DNA of 61,499 bases. Origin: an uncultured Candidatus Peribacteria bacterium. GTDB lineage: Bacteria > Patescibacteriota > Gracilibacteria > Peribacterales > Peribacteraceae. Positions 57,073 through 61,499 of this stretch are shown piece after piece. The position numbers were made by a program, and so were the translations under genes. The DNA is taken from NCBI GenBank assembly GCA_964508225.1, contig CAZDRX010000002.1:9592-71090 (forward strand), written 5' to 3'. The notes below the pieces were generated by a model. It saw nothing but the letters and a program-made list of their open reading frames with translations. It was not told where the DNA came from and ran no database searches. Every line of letters begins with the position of its first letter. Position 1 is the stretch's first letter.

Positions 57073-58464
57073 ATGCCCGAGATCTCCCCGTACCGGATCG
57101 GCAACGAAGATTTGCACGACTTCGAGCGTCTCACCGCGCAGGAATCACACTCGATCGAGGGGCAGATCGCGAAGATGGAGATGATCGAGTCCATGATCCG
57201 CGCGCGCGACCTCGCACAGCGTCGCGCCGCCGCCGTGGAGATCAGGGATGCACAGGGACTCACCGGCGGCGAACTCGCCGAAGCGGTGAATCAGCGCGTC
57301 CAGAATATCCGCGTCTCGCGCATGCTCCTCGGTGACGGACGGTTCAATCTCATCCTCGAGAAGGGCGATGATGACAGGGATAACGATGATCCGTCGGTGT
57401 ATCGCGTCATGATTCCGGCGCACGTCGATACGGTGAACAGCGGAGCGCCGACCCAGATCCTCCATGATCCGAAGCACCCCGATCGTGTCCATGGCCTCGG
57501 CGTGTACGACATGGGCGCTGCCGTGCTGAACAATATCGATCTCGCCATCACGACGAAGATCCCGAAGGGGATGAAGGCGTACTTCGTCTTCACGGTGGAT
57601 GAGGAGAAGAATTCCGTCGGTGCACGCGAACTCATCAAGCAATGGGACGTCTGGCCGCTCATCAACGCCGTCGTCTCCTCCGAGATCGGCCCCGTGCCTC
57701 CTCTGGAAGAGGGTGATCCGCGCGTGCGGCTCATCACGGCGCGTACGGGAAGGCTCAAGATCATCGGCAACATCAGTATCGATCCGCGGGCGCAGGGACA
57801 CGGTTCCGAGAAGGACATGCCCAATGCGAGCAGCGCGCTCCGGCACCTCCTCAATTCCCTCGATAAGCGCTTCTACAATGGGTACGACGACCCCGAGGGA
57901 GGCCCGCGTGAGCCGAAGCAGCAGCGCACGCACCCGCTCCTCGGCGAGGAGATGATCGAGGATGGCGACATCGACGCGTCGAAGACCCGCGAAGGATATT
58001 TCCCGCCTGATCGTGCACAGTTCGAATTCGCTCTCCGCATGTCGCCGCCGTCCACGCAGGACGAGTACCTCCGGAATATCGTGCGCTGGTCGAGGGGCAT
58101 CGCGAAGCGCGGTGAGTGGAGCCGCTGGGGTATCAACCACTCTGTCACCCGCAATCCCGGCCTCGCGTCGTACTCACCGTACGAACTTCCCCCCGACGAT
58201 CCGGTCGTGCGTGTCGCGTCGTCCATCATCCAGAAAATCACGGGTGTCGCCCCCGACATCGTGGGAGCACCGTCGGTATCCGACGAGTGTGACTACGCCG
58301 AAGCAGGCAAAGCGGTCATCACCATCCCTCCGAATGGGGACGAGGCACACCATCCCGACGAGTGGGTCTCGCTCTCGAGCACCCTGAAGATCCGTGCAAT
58401 TGTCCGGGCACTCCTCGAGGATCCGGATGGCTTCGCCTCTCTGCGCACGGAGGCAAAACCATGA
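57073..58464 (+). CDS. M20-family metallopeptidase / deacylase (ArgE/DapE/ACY1-like)
   Basis: IPAHVDTV, GVYDMGAAV, FTVDEEKNSVGA and ...EAHHPDEWVSL match the metal-ligand segments of the M20 family. Confidence 0.6.
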   Translation: MPEISPYRIGNEDLHDFERLTAQESHSIEGQIAKMEMIESMIRARDLAQRRAAAVEIRDAQGLTGGELAEAVNQRVQNIRVSRMLLGDGRFNLILEKGDDDRDNDDPSVYRVMIPAHVDTVNSGAPTQILHDPKHPDRVHGLGVYDMGAAVLNNIDLAITTKIPKGMKAYFVFTVDEEKNSVGARELIKQWDVWPLINAVVSSEIGPVPPLEEGDPRVRLITARTGRLKIIGNISIDPRAQGHGSEKDMPNASSALRHLLNSLDKRFYNGYDDPEGGPREPKQQRTHPLLGEEMIEDGDIDASKTREGYFPPDRAQFEFALRMSPPSTQDEYLRNIVRWSRGIAKRGEWSRWGINHSVTRNPGLASYSPYELPPDDPVVRVASSIIQKITGVAPDIVGAPSVSDECDYAEAGKAVITIPPNGDEAHHPDEWVSLSSTLKIRAIVRALLEDPDGFASLRTEAKP

Positions 58465-58473
58465 GCAATTTCT

Positions 58474-58502
58474 TTGACTTTTGGCCTCACAGAGCGAATA
58501 AT
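58474..58502 (+). promoter_or_regulatory. Sigma70-like promoter (TTGACT-N17-AATAAT)
   Basis: TTGACT 58474-58479, 17-nt spacer, AATAAT 58497-58502. The ATG at 58513 is 10 nt downstream. Confidence 0.4.
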
Positions 58503-58512
58503 ACGATTAATC

Positions 58513-59046
58513 ATGAAACTTGACGAAGCGTATGCATCGGGTTCTGGTAGCTCTCCGTCAAGCGGAGCGCGCATCAGCGATGGTTCGATGGAATCACCGA
58601 GGGGCGACACCACTCTCTCCGCAACGTCAGATCTGTCCTCTGGGAATTCCCGCGGAGAGAAAAATATGTTTTACTTGCCCCTCACACGGGCAGTCATCGC
58701 GACGATTCAGGCCATGACCGGTCTTTCGTACGATGCATATCTTTCCCGTGCGGACGCCCGGGAGAAAATTGCCGCGGATCTCCGGACCCGCGTTGCCGTC
58801 AGTTTTCCGGAGGGGCAGACGTTCTCTCTCGAAATCGCACTCTCTATTCTGCGGGAAGAAGTCACGGATCACATCGCCCGTCTCTTCGGTAAACGTATTG
58901 CAGACGAGGCAAACAATAGACGCGGCGTGCACGTGGATCAGGAGGAGGTAGATAAACTCATTGCTACCGCACTCCCCACGGTGATCGCAGAGCGCGGAGA
59001 ACGTCTCGCGGCTGCCTTCATCAAGCAAAGTGACGAGGCGGCTTAA
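58513..59046 (+). CDS. Hypothetical protein
   Basis: The track ORF starts at TTG 58474, which coincides with the -35 box, so ATG 58513 is preferred. Ser/Gly-rich N-terminus followed by a helical domain. No recognised family. Confidence 0.4.
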   Translation: MKLDEAYASGSGSSPSSGARISDGSMESPRGDTTLSATSDLSSGNSRGEKNMFYLPLTRAVIATIQAMTGLSYDAYLSRADAREKIAADLRTRVAVSFPEGQTFSLEIALSILREEVTDHIARLFGKRIADEANNRRGVHVDQEEVDKLIATALPTVIAERGERLAAAFIKQSDEAA

Positions 59047-59132
59047 GAGTTGCAAATATCAATAAATTCTGTTTAAATACATTTTAGTGATAGGTATAGT
59101 GCGCTTCACTTTTTGAGTACAGTACTACTTCC

Positions 59133-60182
59133 ATGCCTGAACACCCCGACGACTACCGGCCGATCGAGGAATTCGATGACCATTTCGAACGTCTCCTGAG
59201 CGAGATGGGGAATGGCGGGAAGCCCGCGCCTGCGGATATCGGCGAGAAGCTCGACCGTGAGAAGGTGCAGGGCGGACACAAGCTTGGCCGTCTCGAAGAC
59301 ATCGAAGTCGAATTCGTGAGGAATCCCGCCCGTGGTGCGGATTTCGACCGTCGTCACAATGACCTTCTCATCACCCGCGAAGTGATCGAAACGCTCCTCT
59401 CGCAGGAGAAGGCGAGGATCAGTGCAATGCGCACGCAAGTCGCGCGTTCGGGAGGCTTTCTCATGCGCTACGACAGAGTGGGGGAGCAGCGGCTGCACGA
59501 TGTCTATGACGGACAGAATCCCGTGAAGGGCGGATGGCTCATGGCCGAGACGAGCGGTATCCCGCTCGACAGATCAGGCCAGAGAATTGCCGGACGTGTT
59601 CTCGGTGCCGACGGTCAGTTCTACATCCCACCGGATGACGACACCGCCACACCGGATCCGTTTCCGCTCCTGCAGATCGGAAAGGACTCATTTCTCGACG
59701 CGCCAATGACCTCCGAGGAGGTCAGAACACATCCGCAGACCGCCATGCTCATCGCCGATATTTCCTCCGTGCGCGAATTCACAGGATACGGTTTCTCTGC
59801 GGCGACCGAAGACGCCGCGTTTCTCCGTGTCGTGCAGGAGATCAACGCGCAGCGCAGCGGCATCAATGCCATCAAGTACGCGCTGGCGGCGATCGCGAGC
59901 GTGAAGGGCGTCATGGACAAGAATAAGGTGCTGCTTGCCCCTGCGCTGGATCCCGAGGGCATGCGTAACTACCGCAGTATGTTCCTGCACACGCTGCGCG
60001 GAGACGCGAGCGGCGATCTGCTCGGTAAGCAGGTACGTCACTTGGTTCCGGTCGAACTGCCCGCGGGAGACGAGGGCTTCCTCTACGTCGACTGGTACGT
60101 CACGTCACAGCGTCTCGAAAACGCCACGATGCGTTCCGATCTCGCGCTGCGTGATGAGCTGTGGCGCCCCGATGCGGCCTGA
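59133..60182 (+). CDS. Hypothetical protein (349 aa)
   Basis: Long ORF with host-like composition and no recognisable motif. Confidence 0.55.
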   Translation: MPEHPDDYRPIEEFDDHFERLLSEMGNGGKPAPADIGEKLDREKVQGGHKLGRLEDIEVEFVRNPARGADFDRRHNDLLITREVIETLLSQEKARISAMRTQVARSGGFLMRYDRVGEQRLHDVYDGQNPVKGGWLMAETSGIPLDRSGQRIAGRVLGADGQFYIPPDDDTATPDPFPLLQIGKDSFLDAPMTSEEVRTHPQTAMLIADISSVREFTGYGFSAATEDAAFLRVVQEINAQRSGINAIKYALAAIASVKGVMDKNKVLLAPALDPEGMRNYRSMFLHTLRGDASGDLLGKQVRHLVPVELPAGDEGFLYVDWYVTSQRLENATMRSDLALRDELWRPDAA

Positions 60183-60186
60183 AGGC

Positions 60187-61499
60187 TCAGGTGTCGTGGT
60201 TCAGGATCCGGTCTGGCTTGTAGAGCCAGAGGAAGAGGAGGATGACGGGAAGTACCATCAAGGCGCCTCTCGTGTCCGAGATCGTCGCTTCACTGACGAT
60301 GGTCACGAGACACACGAACGGCAGGAGGCGGTCGAGGATCTCGGTGTCCGTCTGGAGCATGCATTCGAAGTAGAGCGCGTACGGGAGGAACGTGAAGACG
60401 AGTGCGAAGAGCACGGACAGTCCTGTGAGCCGCCAGTCGATGGTCGCGAGCGGATGCACGAGAGGCCAGAGCAGACTGGTGAGGAGGATCGTGATGACCG
60501 AGAGCCAGAAGACGAATGCGGGGTACCGCGCGTGGATACGTGCGTCGGTTTCGAGGTAGCGGCGGCTGAGCTGTGAGTACATGGAGAACCCGAGCGCACC
60601 GCCGACTCCGGCCAGCACACCGAAGAGAGAGAAGCCCTGTGCCACGATGAACGCAGTGATCGCGATGCCGATGACGGCGACGGAGAGCAGGAGGCGCATC
60701 GGCACCTGTCCTTCGAGAAGCTTGGTGAGCAGCGTCGTGAGCACGAGACCCGCGATGATGAAGAGGATGTACTGGCTCGCCGGAATTTCCCGCAGGGAGA
60801 GGTAGGAGAGGATACCCGTGAGGAAGAGCGCGATGCCCGCGGCGATGAAGGACGGCTTGAACGGCGAGATCGGCTTCGACTTCACACGCGAGAGTGCCAT
60901 GTAGAGGCCGTACGTCACGGTGGAGGCAATGAAGAACGTGATGAAGCGGATGAACGTGAGTTCCACGGGGGTGATCTCTGTCGAGGTGAGAATGACTCTG
61001 GCCACCATGGGGTCGAGTCCCCAGAGCAGGATGATGACGCCGATGAGGAGCGCAGTGCCGACACTCTGGCGCATCACCTGCAGGTGCCGTGCCCCCGCGA
61101 GCACCAGTTCCTGCTGGAACACCGCGAGCTCCTGCGGCGACATGCGGACTTGCAGCGAGACGACGGCTTTGTCGCCCGTGCGGTGGTAACGGATGTCCGA
61201 GAGTGACGTGCCGAACTTGCGGTGGACGAGGTTGATGCGGTCCATGCCGGTGATCGATTCCATCTCGGCCTCGTAGCGCAGGATGGTCTTTTCCGGCGTG
61301 ATGTAGTGGGTTTCTTTGTAGGTGCCTCTTGACTCGTCCAACAGCCGCATGACCGCCCCCAGATATTCGGGGCTGGTCAGGATTTCCAACTTCGCGTACG
61401 GTTCGCGGATTTCAAGCACGTTGGCGGGGTCTTTGATGTCCGACGGAGAATAGATAAGCTGTTCTTGCCCATTGCGCAGTTTTATCTGGTACGAAACCG
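60187..61499 (-). CDS. In-frame fusion: LepA/EF4-like domain IV-V fragment (N-terminal part runs off the window) joined to a 10-TM EamA/DMT-family transporter
   Basis: The frame is open from the window edge. ..VSYQIKLRNGQEQLIYSPSDIKDPANVLEIREPYAKLEILTSPEYLGAVMRLLDESRGTYKETHYITPEKTILRYE aligns closely with E. coli LepA (VVYEV..EVIYVDSPSKLP..N.YELREPIAE....P..YLGNV..LC.EKRG). From about nt 61062 downward the protein is EamA-like (LLWG...ITPVELTFIRF...). Confidence 0.6.
   Translation of the reverse strand, partial: VSYQIKLRNGQEQLIYSPSDIKDPANVLEIREPYAKLEILTSPEYLGAVMRLLDESRGTYKETHYITPEKTILRYEAEMESITGMDRINLVHRKFGTSLSDIRYHRTGDKAVVSLQVRMSPQELAVFQQELVLAGARHLQVMRQSVGTALLIGVIILLWGLDPMVARVILTSTEITPVELTFIRFITFFIASTVTYGLYMALSRVKSKPISPFKPSFIAAGIALFLTGILSYLSLREIPASQYILFIIAGLVLTTLLTKLLEGQVPMRLLLSVAVIGIAITAFIVAQGFSLFGVLAGVGGALGFSMYSQLSRRYLETDARIHARYPAFVFWLSVITILLTSLLWPLVHPLATIDWRLTGLSVLFALVFTFLPYALYFECMLQTDTEILDRLLPFVCLVTIVSEATISDTRGALMVLPVILLFLWLYKPDRILNHDT

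Overview
High-GC (about 60% by eye) bacterial chromosome segment using the standard genetic code: TGA acts as a stop and there are several ATGA start/stop overlaps. Minimal aaRS architectures, many orphan proteins and abundant DUF11 surface proteins suggest an uncultivated CPR/Patescibacteria-like lineage; that placement is inference only. No rRNA, tRNA, CRISPR array, transposase or integrase was seen.

Housekeeping content:
- A complete F1Fo ATP synthase locus in the non-canonical order atpD-atpC-atpZ-atpB-E-F-H-A-G.
- A short alaS, a very long ileS, tmRNA (ssrA), and a lepA-like fragment at the right edge.

Accessory content:
- A Tat-signal CsoSCA-like carbonic anhydrase homologue.
- An ECF sigma/anti-sigma pair divergent from a cell-surface locus: a DUF11 protein, a 3528-aa giant Cys/Asp-repeat plus DUF11 protein, and VanW.
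- An FTR1 iron permease and an orphan histidine kinase.
- A four-gene operon led by a PvcA/IsnA/Dit1-family (isonitrile-synthase-like) gene with a CDO-type cupin and a YdjC-like enzyme.
- Two GT-C/GT2 glycosylation loci.
- An AT-rich single-gene islet (825-aa SEC-C-motif protein) directly abutting the 3' end of ssrA, bracketed by short repeats.

Most unusual observations:
- The IleRS carries two embedded histidine-phosphatase (PGAM-like) domains.
- The isonitrile-synthase-like operon.
- The ssrA-linked islet.
- The giant adhesin with a non-canonical PxTG-spacer-TM C-terminus.
- An in-frame LepA-fragment/EamA-transporter fusion.

All functional calls come from motif recognition by eye, without database searches.
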